From positions 512,001 to 576,000 of the forward strand of contig OZ245015.1 in the NCBI GenBank assembly GCA_965223705.1: a stretch of DNA of 64,000 nt, written 5' to 3'. Under the pieces are notes generated by a model. The model worked only from the letters and a program-made list of their open reading frames with translations, was not told the DNA's origin and ran no database searches. Below are positions 19,212-29,197 of the stretch, in pieces (positions within the stretch are counted from its first letter, which is position 1; each line of letters starts with the position of its first letter). Both the position numbers and the translations under genes were made by a program. Origin of the DNA: Myxococcota bacterium (GTDB taxonomy: Bacteria > Myxococcota_A > UBA9160 > UBA6930).

Positions 19212-21094
19212 AGCAAGACCAGTTCCTCGATGTCATCGATCGCGACGAGGCGGAGAGTCGTTGGCATCACGTGCTCGATTTAACGCGACTCGAGGCTGAG
19301 GAGATCGAACTCGAGGAAGCGCTGTCCCGGGTGCTCGCCGAGGACGTCCGGGCAACCGTCGACGTTCCGGCGTTCGATCGTTCAAACATGGACGGCTTCG
19401 CGGTGCGCTCGCAGGACACGTTCGGAGCGACGGAAGAAGCCCCGGTTTATCTCGAACTGTCCCAAGAGCGCATTCCGACCGGCGTTGTGCCGCAAGGGAC
19501 TGTCGACGTCGGTCGTGCGATGACGATCGCGACTGGAGGCATGCTTCCCCGCGGAGCGGACGCCGTAGTGCCCATCGAAGTGACCGACGTATCGGGCGGA
19601 AAGCTCATGGTGAGACGCGCAGCCGTTCCGGGCGGCGCGGTGTCGTTTGCGGGCACGGATATGGGACGCGGTGAAACCGTTCTCTTCGCGGGGTCGCGAC
19701 TCACGTCTCGGGAGACGGGCGTGCTCGCCGCGATCGGCCAGCGCCGTGTGCGGGTCGTTCGCCGCCCTCGCGTCGCGGTGATCTCGACCGGGGACGAGAT
19801 CGTCGCGCCGGGAGAAACCCTCCCGCTGGGCGGCATCTACGACAGCAACGGCCGTATCCTGACCGATGCGGTGACCGAACTCGGAGGCCTGCCCGTTTTT
19901 CTCGGTGTCTTTCGCGACGATGAGGCCGCGTTGTCCGAAGCGCTCGAGCGAGGGATCGCAGAAGCGGACGCCGTCATCCTCTCCGGGGGAACGTCGAAGG
20001 GCCAAGGCGATCTCAACGCCGCCCTCGTCGCGAAACTCGACCCCGGCGTCATCGTGCACGGCGTGGCGCTCAAGCCCGGAAAGCCCATCTGTCTGGCCGC
20101 ATCGGGCACGAAACCCGTCGTTGTTCTCCCCGGTTTTCCGACGTCCGCGGTGTTCACGTTTCACGAATTCGTCGCCCCGGTCATTCGTCGTCTCGTCGGA
20201 GCGCCGCCCGAGGAGCGCGATACCGAGACCGCACGCGTCGCACTGCGGATCAACTCGGAGCGCGGGCGCCTCGAGTATCTGTTGGTGGGGCTCGTCGCAG
20301 GCCGAGACGGCGAGCTCGCGTGCTACCCGATGGGCAAGGGGAGCGGTTCGGTCACGGCCTTCAGTCGCGCCGACGGCTTCGTGCGTATCGGCCGCAACAC
20401 CGAGATCGTGGAAGCCGACGAGCGCGTCGAAGTCACCCGGATCGGGAAGGCGGGCCGCCTGCCGGATCTCGTGGTGATCGGAAGTCACTGCGCCGGACTC
20501 GACGTGTTGGCGAGTGCGCTCTCGCGCCGCGGGCTTCGCGTCAAGTTGATGGCGGTCGGCAGTCAGGGAGGCCTCTCCGCAGCACAGCGGGGTGAATGCG
20601 ACATCGCTCCCGTACATCTTCTCGACCCCGAGACCGGGAGCTACAACAAGCCTTTTCTCTCCGAAGATCTCGAGCTGATCCCCGGTTATCGCCGCATGCA
20701 GGGCCTGGTTACGCGCACGGAGGAGAAGCGCGATCTCGAGGAGATGGTGCGGGACGATCGAGTGCGCATGGTCAACCGCAACCGCGGCTCGGGAACGCGC
20801 ATCGTCATCGACGGTCTACTCGGCGCGAGACGACCGCCGGGGTACGGTTACGAGCCTCGGTCTCACTACGCGGTCGCCGCGGCCATCGCTCAGGGACGCG
20901 CCGATTGGGGCATTGCGATCGAGGGAGTCGCGCGAGAAGCCGGGCTTCGCTTCGTGCCGCTTGTCGCCGAGCACTACGACTTCATCACGCCCAAGGCGCG
21001 TCGCGACCGCCCCGCCGTGGCCGCATTCGTCGAAGGACTCCGCGGAGATCCCGAGATTCGCGAGGCACTCCTCGCCCTGGGCTTCGAGCTTTGA
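19208..21094 (+). CDS. moeA: MoeA fused to a C-terminal periplasmic-binding-protein-like (molybdate/tungstate-binding) domain
   Basis: SNMDGFAV, STGDE, SGGTSKG, LPGFPTS; C-terminal IGSHC, VGSQGGL, HLLD, NRNRGSGTR; GTGA overlap. Confidence 0.9.
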   Translation: MKQDQFLDVIDRDEAESRWHHVLDLTRLEAEEIELEEALSRVLAEDVRATVDVPAFDRSNMDGFAVRSQDTFGATEEAPVYLELSQERIPTGVVPQGTVDVGRAMTIATGGMLPRGADAVVPIEVTDVSGGKLMVRRAAVPGGAVSFAGTDMGRGETVLFAGSRLTSRETGVLAAIGQRRVRVVRRPRVAVISTGDEIVAPGETLPLGGIYDSNGRILTDAVTELGGLPVFLGVFRDDEAALSEALERGIAEADAVILSGGTSKGQGDLNAALVAKLDPGVIVHGVALKPGKPICLAASGTKPVVVLPGFPTSAVFTFHEFVAPVIRRLVGAPPEERDTETARVALRINSERGRLEYLLVGLVAGRDGELACYPMGKGSGSVTAFSRADGFVRIGRNTEIVEADERVEVTRIGKAGRLPDLVVIGSHCAGLDVLASALSRRGLRVKLMAVGSQGGLSAAQRGECDIAPVHLLDPETGSYNKPFLSEDLELIPGYRRMQGLVTRTEEKRDLEEMVRDDRVRMVNRNRGSGTRIVIDGLLGARRPPGYGYEPRSHYAVAAAIAQGRADWGIAIEGVAREAGLRFVPLVAEHYDFITPKARRDRPAVAAFVEGLRGDPEIREALLALGFEL

Positions 21095-22257
21095 GCCGAA
21101 GGAGCGCGGACGAGTTCGAACTCGAAATCGAGAGCCTGGCCGCGGGAGGAGACGGCGTGGGCCACGCCCCCGACGGTCGGGCGGTGTTCGTTCCATTCTC
21201 CGCTCCCGGCGACCGGATGCGTGTGCGCGTCCAGAACGAACACGCGCGTTACCTCCACGCCGAAGCGACAGAGCTTGTCTCGCCCGGGCCGGGCCGAACC
21301 GATCCGCTGTGTCCGGTGTTCGGCTCCTGCGGCGGCTGTTCGTGGCAACACCTGGATCTCGCGACACAAACCCGGGCGAAGGCCGACATCATCCGCGACG
21401 CGTTCTCGAGAATCGCGAAGCTACCGCTTCCGCGGAGTTTTCGAATGAACGCCTCGGACGCACCCTACGGCACGCGCAGCCGGGCGCGCGTGTTGGCTTC
21501 GTCGGGCCGCGTCGGTTTCCGCAGGCGCCGTTCGAACGCATTGTGCGCGGTGCATCGGTGTCCCGCATTGTCGCCCGAGCTCGACGAACTGCTCGAATCC
21601 CTGCCGGAACGCGCCGGTCGGCGTCGCGGCGAGTGGGAGCTCGCCGTCGGGGACGATGCGCGGCCCGTGTGCGTTCCGCTTCCGCCCGAAGGCGACGAGG
21701 CCATCACGCTCCGCGTGGGAAGGCGGGAGCTCCGCATTACCGCCGGGGTGTTCTTCCAGGCCCACCGCGGACTCCGCACGGCGCTGCGCGACGTCGTGAC
21801 GGGCCTCGCAGAAAACGGAGAGCGACTCCTCGAGCTCTACGCGGGCTCGGGGTTCTTTACGGGCGAGCTCGCCCGTCGCTACGCCCGAGTCGTCGCGGTC
21901 GAGGGCGTCGGGCTCGCCGCTGCGGACCTGACCTACAACACCGAAGGGATGAGTCTCGTTACCGTGCTCCACGCGAGTGTCGAGGCCGCGTTCGACTCCC
22001 CCATAGTTGCTGGTGCACCACCCGAGACGGTCGTCCTCGACCCGCCGAGGGAAGGTATCTCCGAAGCGGTTCGCGAGGGCTTGCTCGACCTCTCTCCCAA
22101 TTTGATCGTCTATGCGTCGTGCGATCCGGCGACCCTGGCGCGCGATGTCGGACATTTCGCCGACCGCGACTACGCACTGGAACACGCCGAAGGCTTCGAT
22201 CTGTTCCCCCAAACACCCCACGTCGAATGCGTGGTGGCGCTCCGGCGCGGCCACTAG
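21091..22257 (+). CDS. rlmD: RNA (uracil-5)-methyltransferase RlmD/TrmA family with TRAM domain
   Basis: TRAM N-terminus, CPVFGSCGGC, FFQ, ELYAGSG, DPPREG, YASCDPATLARD, DLFPQTPHVE. Confidence 0.88.
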   Translation: MSRRSADEFELEIESLAAGGDGVGHAPDGRAVFVPFSAPGDRMRVRVQNEHARYLHAEATELVSPGPGRTDPLCPVFGSCGGCSWQHLDLATQTRAKADIIRDAFSRIAKLPLPRSFRMNASDAPYGTRSRARVLASSGRVGFRRRRSNALCAVHRCPALSPELDELLESLPERAGRRRGEWELAVGDDARPVCVPLPPEGDEAITLRVGRRELRITAGVFFQAHRGLRTALRDVVTGLAENGERLLELYAGSGFFTGELARRYARVVAVEGVGLAAADLTYNTEGMSLVTVLHASVEAAFDSPIVAGAPPETVVLDPPREGISEAVREGLLDLSPNLIVYASCDPATLARDVGHFADRDYALEHAEGFDLFPQTPHVECVVALRRGH

Positions 22258-22274
22258 CTAGGGTCTCGCGTCTC

Positions 22275-22856
22275 ATGTCCAACCAATTCTTCCTGTACGT
22301 CGAAGGCCCCCGGGACCTCGAGCTCCTCACGTTGTGGGCACGGCAGGAATCTCCGCAGCTCGCGAAAGAAGTCGAGAAAGCGGGCGTCATACTGGGCGGT
22401 CGGCAGCCCGATCGCGCCTCGACACACTTGGGGCAGCGGCGACACGCTTCGGGCGTTTGCCTACTCGATCGCGACGAAGGTTTAGAGGTCATGCCCTCTG
22501 AGACGGGCGGTTTGCGATTTCACCAGTGGACACGGCGTCACATCGAGAGCTATTTGCTCGTGCGACGGGTGCTGCGCGCCGGGCTCGCTCCGCGAGAGGA
22601 CCCCCATCGTCTCGATCGACTGATCGAAGAAGAAGTTCCGGAGAGCGAAGCGGAGCTCCGAACGATCCACGCGAAACGGCTCCTCGGAGCGAAAGGGCCT
22701 TTTGCCAAAGCGCTGGGGCGGACCCCGGATCTCCGCCGCGTCGCGCGCTGCATGCGCTCGGACGATCTCCACACCGATATCCAGGCGCTCTTTTCCATGG
22801 TTCGCGAGGGGATCGGCTTACAGGCGCCCGCTGTGAGCTACAAGCAGAGCGTCTAA
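22275..22856 (+). CDS. Stand-alone TOPRIM-like protein (OLD/DUF4435-like)
   Basis: LYVEGPRD, GG turn, LLDRD (DxD), RRHIESYLL; no ATPase domain. Confidence 0.6.
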   Translation: MSNQFFLYVEGPRDLELLTLWARQESPQLAKEVEKAGVILGGRQPDRASTHLGQRRHASGVCLLDRDEGLEVMPSETGGLRFHQWTRRHIESYLLVRRVLRAGLAPREDPHRLDRLIEEEVPESEAELRTIHAKRLLGAKGPFAKALGRTPDLRRVARCMRSDDLHTDIQALFSMVREGIGLQAPAVSYKQSV

Positions 22857-23824
22857 TCGCGCAAGGCGTCGCGCAGGCGCGGCGTCTGTCCGCGTTTGCG
22901 TTCCGCCCGGACTTCCGCCAACAGATCGAAGGCCCGCCGCAAGAAGACCGCGCCGATCAACACGTGGAAGACGACGAACAACGCGTTCATGGCGAAGGCG
23001 TACGCGATCAGCTCGTCTTGCGGCGCTTGATCTCCGAACAAGTTCGCCCAGGCGAACTCGCGAACGCCGAAGTTGCCCACCGACGGGAGCGAAAGCGCCA
23101 GATAGAGCAGGGGGAGCCGGGAGGTGAGCACCAGCCAATCGAGGGAAATCCCAAAAGCTCGAGACGCCAACCCTTGGATCAAGACGTCGAAGAACGCCAA
23201 ACCGAGGAACCATCCGAAGAACGGGGCGAGGCGCTCGATGGGCAGGCTCTCGATCCAGCGCCTTACGCCCTCGAGAAAGGGAATGGCGAGGTGACGCGAA
23301 GCTCGTGTGAGGAGGCCCAAGGCGACGAGACCCAACCAACCGATCACGACCATCCACCGCACTCCGGTGGTTTCGGAGCTGGCCGGAACGAAAGGGAGGA
23401 CGACGGTCGCTTGTGCCAGCAGCACGAGAAAGTGCAGGACGAAGGGGATGATGGCCGCGGCGACGAGCGCATCGAGGCGTCCGCCGACGTAGCGAGAGAC
23501 TCCGACCAGGAACGCGGCGTCTGCCAGGGGATTGTTGAGCGCGCGAAATCCCTCGGACGCACCGCGCAACGCGAGCAACGTGCGGCGCGGGGCAGGGGTG
23601 ACGAATCGGCGTATCGCTTCGATGGAGACGAAGCTCCAGACGGCGAAGAAGACCAGCTTGTCGAGCGCCGCGAAGGCGATAAAGAGCGGCAGGTTCGCAC
23701 GCTCGGTCACTTCGACGAGTCGCTCCCAGTTCGTCACATGGAAGACGTACGCCAACGACGCGATCGAAATCGCCCAGGGAAGTATTCGTTGGAATAGGCT
23801 GCGCCGCGGCGGCGGGCTTGTCAC
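22853..23824 (-). CDS. Integral membrane protein, lysylphosphatidylglycerol synthase TM / flippase-like family
   Basis: Multiple TM helices; LP..GNFGVRE motif. Confidence 0.7.
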   Translation of the reverse strand: MTSPPPRRSLFQRILPWAISIASLAYVFHVTNWERLVEVTERANLPLFIAFAALDKLVFFAVWSFVSIEAIRRFVTPAPRRTLLALRGASEGFRALNNPLADAAFLVGVSRYVGGRLDALVAAAIIPFVLHFLVLLAQATVVLPFVPASSETTGVRWMVVIGWLGLVALGLLTRASRHLAIPFLEGVRRWIESLPIERLAPFFGWFLGLAFFDVLIQGLASRAFGISLDWLVLTSRLPLLYLALSLPSVGNFGVREFAWANLFGDQAPQDELIAYAFAMNALFVVFHVLIGAVFLRRAFDLLAEVRAERKRGQTPRLRDALRD

Positions 23825-23895
23825 CCGGCGAGCATAGCGGCTCGCAGCGAACCGGCCTCCGTGGTAAAAGGCTACGCCGTGGACGACACCCGCAA

Positions 23896-24705
23896 ATGCT
23901 AAGCGGCACCGCTCGGAAGACGGTGGTAGCCCTCGATTTCGACGGGGTCATTTCCGACAGCGCTCCCGAATCTTTCGCCGTTGCGCTGGCGACGTACGCC
24001 GAATTTCGACCCGCGGCAAAGCTCTCTCCTCTGGCCGAAGCGAGCCCCGAGCGCCCCGAACGGCAGCGGCTCTACCGCTCATTCCTCTCGCTCATGCCGC
24101 TCGGAAACCGCGCCGAAGACTATTTCGTCGCGTTGGACGCCATCGAACGAGGCGAGGCGATCGAGGATCAAGCCGCCTACGACGTCACGTACGCGTCGTA
24201 TGAACCCGACCTCCTCATGGATTTTCACCGGCGATTGTACGAGCGGCGCGACGCGTGGCGAGAGCGCGATCCCGAAGGCTGGTGCCGCTTGATGGCACCC
24301 TATCCGGGGATGCGCGACATCCTCGAAGCGCTCGCCGAGCGCGCGACCTTGGCCATCGCGACGGCGAAGGACCTCGCATCGGTGCTCCTCCTGCTCGAGA
24401 GCTACGGGATGTCGCATCTGTTTCCCGCCCAGCTTCTTTGCGACAAGAGCCACGGTCGAGAGAAAGCTTCCCACCTCCGGGCGCTCGCCGACACAACCGG
24501 ACAGCGCTTTCCCGACATCACGTTCGTCGACGACAAGCTGAATCATCTCGAGGCGGTGGCGCCCCTCGGCGTGCGCTGCGTCCTCGCGAGTTGGGGCTAC
24601 AACAGCGAGCGGGAAATCGAGGCCGCCCGGGAGCGGGGTTTCGCGGTGGCAAGCCTCGCCGACGCCCGGGAAGTCCTTCCCGGCGTCGCTCGCTCGGCGA
24701 CCTGA
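23896..24705 (+). CDS. HAD-superfamily hydrolase
   Basis: ALDFDGVISDS, YPG, IATAK, FVDDK, ASWGYN. Confidence 0.85.
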   Translation: MLSGTARKTVVALDFDGVISDSAPESFAVALATYAEFRPAAKLSPLAEASPERPERQRLYRSFLSLMPLGNRAEDYFVALDAIERGEAIEDQAAYDVTYASYEPDLLMDFHRRLYERRDAWRERDPEGWCRLMAPYPGMRDILEALAERATLAIATAKDLASVLLLLESYGMSHLFPAQLLCDKSHGREKASHLRALADTTGQRFPDITFVDDKLNHLEAVAPLGVRCVLASWGYNSEREIEAARERGFAVASLADAREVLPGVARSAT

Positions 24706-24779
24706 CCGGCTACACCGCCCACCGGCAGGACGCGCGCACTTGGCGCAGCCCCGCGGGCGTCCCTACCCTTGCTTGCAGA

Positions 24780-25349
24780 ATGGAAATCCAGGCGGACCTC
24801 GACTTCCGATTTCATGCAGAACGAACGCCGAACCCGAACAGCATCAAGTGGGTGCTCGGACGGCCGATGGCTCCTACAGGGGTGACGGCCCAGTTCTCGG
24901 AGCCGGTCGGTGCGGAGGTGTCCCCGCTCGCAGCGGCTCTGTTCGAGATCGAAGGAATCGTCGGAGTTCTTGTGGCTGCGAATATGGTGACGGTGACGAA
25001 GCGCGAGGAAGCCGACTGGGAGGCCCTGGCACCGTCGATTCTCGACGTCTTGAAGGGCTGCGCCGCGAGCGGCTCCGACGCTTTGGGGCCCGCATGGGTC
25101 CCGCCCGATCGAAGCGAAGAATCCGAAATTGTCACGCGGATACGAGAGGTTCTGGACAACGAAATCCGACCTGCCGTCGCGATGGACGGCGGCGACGTAG
25201 CGTTCGTCGATTTCGAAGCCGGAGTCGTCCGCGTTCTACTTCAGGGTGCCTGTGTCGGGTGCCCGAGTTCGACAGCCACCCTGCGTTTTGGCATCGAGGG
25301 GCGGCTGCGCGAGGTCATTCCCGAGGTCGAACGGGTGGTCTCGGTCTGA
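24780..25349 (+). CDS. nfuA: NifU/Nfu family Fe-S carrier (Nfu_N + NifU C-domain)
   Basis: TPNPNSIK, SPLA..LF, IRPAVAMDGGD, GACVGCPSS. Confidence 0.88.
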   Translation: MEIQADLDFRFHAERTPNPNSIKWVLGRPMAPTGVTAQFSEPVGAEVSPLAAALFEIEGIVGVLVAANMVTVTKREEADWEALAPSILDVLKGCAASGSDALGPAWVPPDRSEESEIVTRIREVLDNEIRPAVAMDGGDVAFVDFEAGVVRVLLQGACVGCPSSTATLRFGIEGRLREVIPEVERVVSV

Positions 25350-25453
25350 TTCAGCCGATGCAGCGTTTCTGGGCTCCCCCCCACCGGCGGTGTTCGCCGT
25401 GCCCCACAGATTGACGCGCCGGGACCGACGGCGCGCGGTGGAACGGGGGAATC

Positions 25454-26776
25454 GTGTCAGAAGGAAGAGAATCCCGCGCGGGGCGACTCACCATGCGAGG
25501 GCGCCTCACCCTGATGGGCCTGTTCGCGGTGGCGTCGGCGTCGGTTCTCGGGTGGGCGCTCGAGCGCGGGCCCGCATCGGCGGAACCCTCCGCTGTCCCG
25601 GTCGCCAGCGAGCCCGTCGCGCCAGCCGAAATCTTTCTCGAACCGCCCGTCACGGTCGACCAATGGCTCTCCGACTCGCCGGTTCGAACACGTCCCGGTC
25701 CGCCGGGCCCGCGCAATGTGCCTGGGCCCCTCGAAGTGGAGTACACGTTCTCGCCGGACCTGATGTCGCGCGCGTTCGCGTTGCTCGAGCGGAGTAAGGT
25801 CGCCCTCGGGCACATCGTCGTCCTCGATCCCGAGAGTGGTCAGTTGCTGGCTTATGCCTCGACCGACACCGAAAACTTTCCTCCCCAGCAACTTTATCCC
25901 GCGGCGTCTCTCGTGAAGGTCGTCACCACGGAAGCGACCCTGCGACACGCTCCCGAGGCGGCGCGCGCGCCGTGTCGATTCGTCGGGAGCCCGTATCGGT
26001 TGACTCGAAGTCGCGTCGATCCACCTCGCCGGGGACGCGAGACGAGCTTGAAGCGAGCGCTCGCCATGTCGAACAATCAGTGCTTCGCCCAGCTCGCCGT
26101 GCACCACCTCGGGGCGAACCGATTGCTCGACAGTTTCGAGCGCTTCGGCCTCTTGGAATCTCCGGCGCCGGGACATCCCGCCGGGCGTGCCAGCGATCCG
26201 TCCGGGGACCCCCTGGAACTCGGTCGGCTCGGTTCGGGTCTGGCCGGGCTGCGTATCACGCCGCTCCATGCGGCGCGGATGGCGGCGCTCCTGAGTCACG
26301 GCCGTCTGGTGACGCCGCGCTGGGTCGCGCGCGCCACCGATTCGTTGGGACGCGACCTGGTGCTCCCCCAGTTTCCGGATCGCGAGGTGCTCCGCGCGGA
26401 AACCACGGTGAAGTTGCGGAAGATGTTGGTGGAGACCACGCGTCGCGGAACAGCGAGTCGAGCTTTTCGAACGCGCCGTGGTCGGCCGCTCCTCCAGGAC
26501 GTCGCGGTGGCCGGGAAAACCGGGAGCCTTTCCGGAGAGGAGCCGAAAGGGCGCTACGAGTGGTTCATCGGGGTCGCGCCCGCAGAAGCCCCGCGCGTCG
26601 CCGTCGCTGTCCTCGTCGTGCAGGGAGAGCTCTACTGGGCGACCTCGTCTCAGGTTGCTGCGGAGCTTTTCAAGGAGTTGTTCTGTCCGAAGGGCGTATG
26701 CGACGAGAGCGCTGTCGAGCGCTTCCTGCCCGTCTCCCAATCCGCCGGTCGAACGAGCACGCCGCACGCGGGGTAG
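25454..26776 (+). CDS. Penicillin-binding protein, transpeptidase domain only, N-terminal anchor
   Basis: SxxK (ASLVK), SxN (SNN), KTG (GKTGS), WFIG.AP; alternative start ATG 25493. Confidence 0.85.
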   Translation: MSEGRESRAGRLTMRGRLTLMGLFAVASASVLGWALERGPASAEPSAVPVASEPVAPAEIFLEPPVTVDQWLSDSPVRTRPGPPGPRNVPGPLEVEYTFSPDLMSRAFALLERSKVALGHIVVLDPESGQLLAYASTDTENFPPQQLYPAASLVKVVTTEATLRHAPEAARAPCRFVGSPYRLTRSRVDPPRRGRETSLKRALAMSNNQCFAQLAVHHLGANRLLDSFERFGLLESPAPGHPAGRASDPSGDPLELGRLGSGLAGLRITPLHAARMAALLSHGRLVTPRWVARATDSLGRDLVLPQFPDREVLRAETTVKLRKMLVETTRRGTASRAFRTRRGRPLLQDVAVAGKTGSLSGEEPKGRYEWFIGVAPAEAPRVAVAVLVVQGELYWATSSQVAAELFKELFCPKGVCDESAVERFLPVSQSAGRTSTPHAG

Positions 26777-26791
26777 AGGCAGAGGCTGGCT

Positions 26792-28420
26792 CTAGTCTTC
26801 GGAAATCGGATCGAACAGATCGCCTTCGAGGATCTCGGAAATGACCGTGCCGATGTTGTTGTCCTCGCCTTCTTGCAGGGACTCGACGCCCGGTAGCGAC
26901 AGCACGAGATTTTCGAGTCGCTCCCCGATTTCTTGAGGCACGTTCTCGAACTGTAGGGCCACACCTTCCGGACCCTCGTTGCGAATCACTTCGGCTGCCA
27001 CCACGAGCGGTTCCTCGCGAGCGTCTCCGTAGACGGCGAGGCTGAGCTTCATTCCCGGCATCAGATCCGGCTGCGGGTCGACGCGCATACCGCCGGCCGA
27101 GATGTCGCGTCCCACCAGGACGCGCTCGGCGCGTTCCCCGAGCTGGGTGATTTGTTGGTCGTAGCGCGCGCGTTTCTCTTTGCGCCGCTCATCCGGGGAG
27201 CCTGGGCCCGCCGAGGGCAGCGAGTCTGCGTCGCCGCCGTGCTCTTCGGAAACGACCACCGGATCGTCCTCGTCGTCGAGGGCATCGGGGATGGTCGGCG
27301 CGTCGTCCTCATCGACAGGCGGTTCCGTCGGAGCATCGAAGCTCTCGGATTCCGCCGCGGCCGATTCGAGCGCATCGGTCGGGGTCGGCGCTTCGTCGCT
27401 CTCGACCTCGGGTGCGTCCTCGGCGTCCGCGCCGGCCCGCGGAGCTTCGCGATCGACGAATTCGCTGAGTCCGTCCTGCGAGTAGAGGTTCGGCTCGTGG
27501 ATGAACGGGCTCCCCTCGGTGATGTCCTCCTCTTCGGAGAACTCCATCTCGATCCCGTTCGGCTCCGGCGGCGGAACGACGGCGGGTACGTCCGGCGCCG
27601 GCTTTTTCGGTTTGCGAGCTTCCGCGGCTTTTCGGACGTCCTGCTTCGTCTGAGCACCGTGCGCCTTGGCAGCTTCCCGAGAGAGTACGGCGAGGTCGCG
27701 AGACCCCTGCAGCACGCGGTGAACTTGCCGCTTCGCGTCGAGGGTCATCTCCTCGAAGAGAAGGCCGATGCTCCACTGCTGGCTGCCGTCTTCGCGGGTC
27801 AGCGCTGTCGACCGGACGACCTTGGCTCGGATCGGGATCGGCTTGGCGCCGACCATGGCGCGATCGGGTTGCAGGGTGACGCGAGAACCCGTTTGGAGGT
27901 TGCGTTTCGAGAGAAGCCGACAACCCCGTAAGGAGAGGTCCGCCAAAATGGCGCTTCTGCGGCGGAGCCCCTGGCGGTAGTGAATCTCCGCTCCGATCGG
28001 AGCGCGGGTCTCCCTCCGCCGTTCATCACCCGCGTAGAGCGCGCGCAGGCACAGGAGTCGCAGGGCATACGGGTGGAACGGACGGCGCACGAGCATGTCG
28101 AAGCCGATCCGTCGCAGCATGCTCCGCAGGGTGTTGGAATCATCCGTCACCACCGCCACCCGCACCGGACCGGTCGTCGAAGTCACCCAGTTGCCGGCCA
28201 CCACCGCGCGACGCGAGCTCGCGACGAACAAGTGCTTCGGCGGGTCGACCCGCGCGGGGATGTTGCCGCCGCGCAGCCGTACGATGTCGTCGGTCAGCGT
28301 CAGCAAAACCTCGTGCACATCGTCGAGCTCCCCGTCGTCCAACAGAAGAACGGACGGAGCGGGATTCTGTCCGGGTGTGGTTTCCAAGCGCAGGTGTTCC
28401 TCAGGGCAGGAATCGGTCAA
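26792..28420 (-). CDS. Tandem-PilZ protein with degenerate receiver-like N-terminus and acidic linker
   Basis: ERRRETR + DLSLRG; ERRKEKR + DISAGG; long D/E/P-rich linker. Confidence 0.85.
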   Translation of the reverse strand: MTDSCPEEHLRLETTPGQNPAPSVLLLDDGELDDVHEVLLTLTDDIVRLRGGNIPARVDPPKHLFVASSRRAVVAGNWVTSTTGPVRVAVVTDDSNTLRSMLRRIGFDMLVRRPFHPYALRLLCLRALYAGDERRRETRAPIGAEIHYRQGLRRRSAILADLSLRGCRLLSKRNLQTGSRVTLQPDRAMVGAKPIPIRAKVVRSTALTREDGSQQWSIGLLFEEMTLDAKRQVHRVLQGSRDLAVLSREAAKAHGAQTKQDVRKAAEARKPKKPAPDVPAVVPPPEPNGIEMEFSEEEDITEGSPFIHEPNLYSQDGLSEFVDREAPRAGADAEDAPEVESDEAPTPTDALESAAAESESFDAPTEPPVDEDDAPTIPDALDDEDDPVVVSEEHGGDADSLPSAGPGSPDERRKEKRARYDQQITQLGERAERVLVGRDISAGGMRVDPQPDLMPGMKLSLAVYGDAREEPLVVAAEVIRNEGPEGVALQFENVPQEIGERLENLVLSLPGVESLQEGEDNNIGTVISEILEGDLFDPISED

Positions 28421-28432
28421 GCGCGCCCGCGG

Positions 28433-29197
28433 CTAAAGCTTCTCGTGGTTTTGCTGGATCGGGGCACCCGCGGTGATTCTTCGGACCGCAAAGTCCACGC
28501 AGACGGCGATCGCCAGAAGCGATGCGAAAAACACCCAGTTGGATGTGATAGCACCCAGAACCGCCAAGGTGTTGTTCGCGCTGTGGGCGACGATCGCCGG
28601 CAACGTGCTGCCGGTCCGCAACGCGAGTACTCCGAGGTACAGCCCCAAGGGAAACGCTGCGGTGGCGTGGACGGCATCGATATGGGCGAGCGCAAAGGCC
28701 AGGGCGGCGGCTGGAACGCAGAGGGCGCCGATGCTGTCGCGAAGCCATCGCTGCAGGAATCCGCGAAAAAAGATCTCCTCGCCGATACCGGGGGCGATGC
28801 CCAGGGCGAGAACGGCGAGCAGCGCGAGCGTTCCCCGGCTCTCCGCCAACAACTCCGCCACGGCGCCCAGGCTGCCGCTTTCGTCGAGAGACGCGAACCG
28901 CAGCAACCACGACAGGCCCGAGGAGAGGCCGCAAAACCCGAGAATCCAAAGCCGCAGTTCGCGCCGGCTCGCAGGGACGCTTGCGAACCCCAAACTGGCG
29001 GCGACTGCACGCCGTTGAAAGGCCACAGCGGCGACCGCCAGACCGACCCACATCACCTGAGACAGCAACGCCGCGACCAACAGACCCGCCGGGGCCAGCG
29101 CGTTTGTGACGCCGAGGGCCAGCGCGACGGCGCAGGCGGCCAGGCCGAGGGCCCCCCAGGCGAGGAGCGGCCGGGTCGATTCGGGGGCTTCGCGCAT
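28433..29197 (-). CDS. CPBP/Abi (CAAX-like) intramembrane glutamic endopeptidase
   Basis: EEIFFRG, FALAH, AHSANN motifs; hydrophobic. Confidence 0.9.
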   Translation of the reverse strand: MREAPESTRPLLAWGALGLAACAVALALGVTNALAPAGLLVAALLSQVMWVGLAVAAVAFQRRAVAASLGFASVPASRRELRLWILGFCGLSSGLSWLLRFASLDESGSLGAVAELLAESRGTLALLAVLALGIAPGIGEEIFFRGFLQRWLRDSIGALCVPAAALAFALAHIDAVHATAAFPLGLYLGVLALRTGSTLPAIVAHSANNTLAVLGAITSNWVFFASLLAIAVCVDFAVRRITAGAPIQQNHEKL

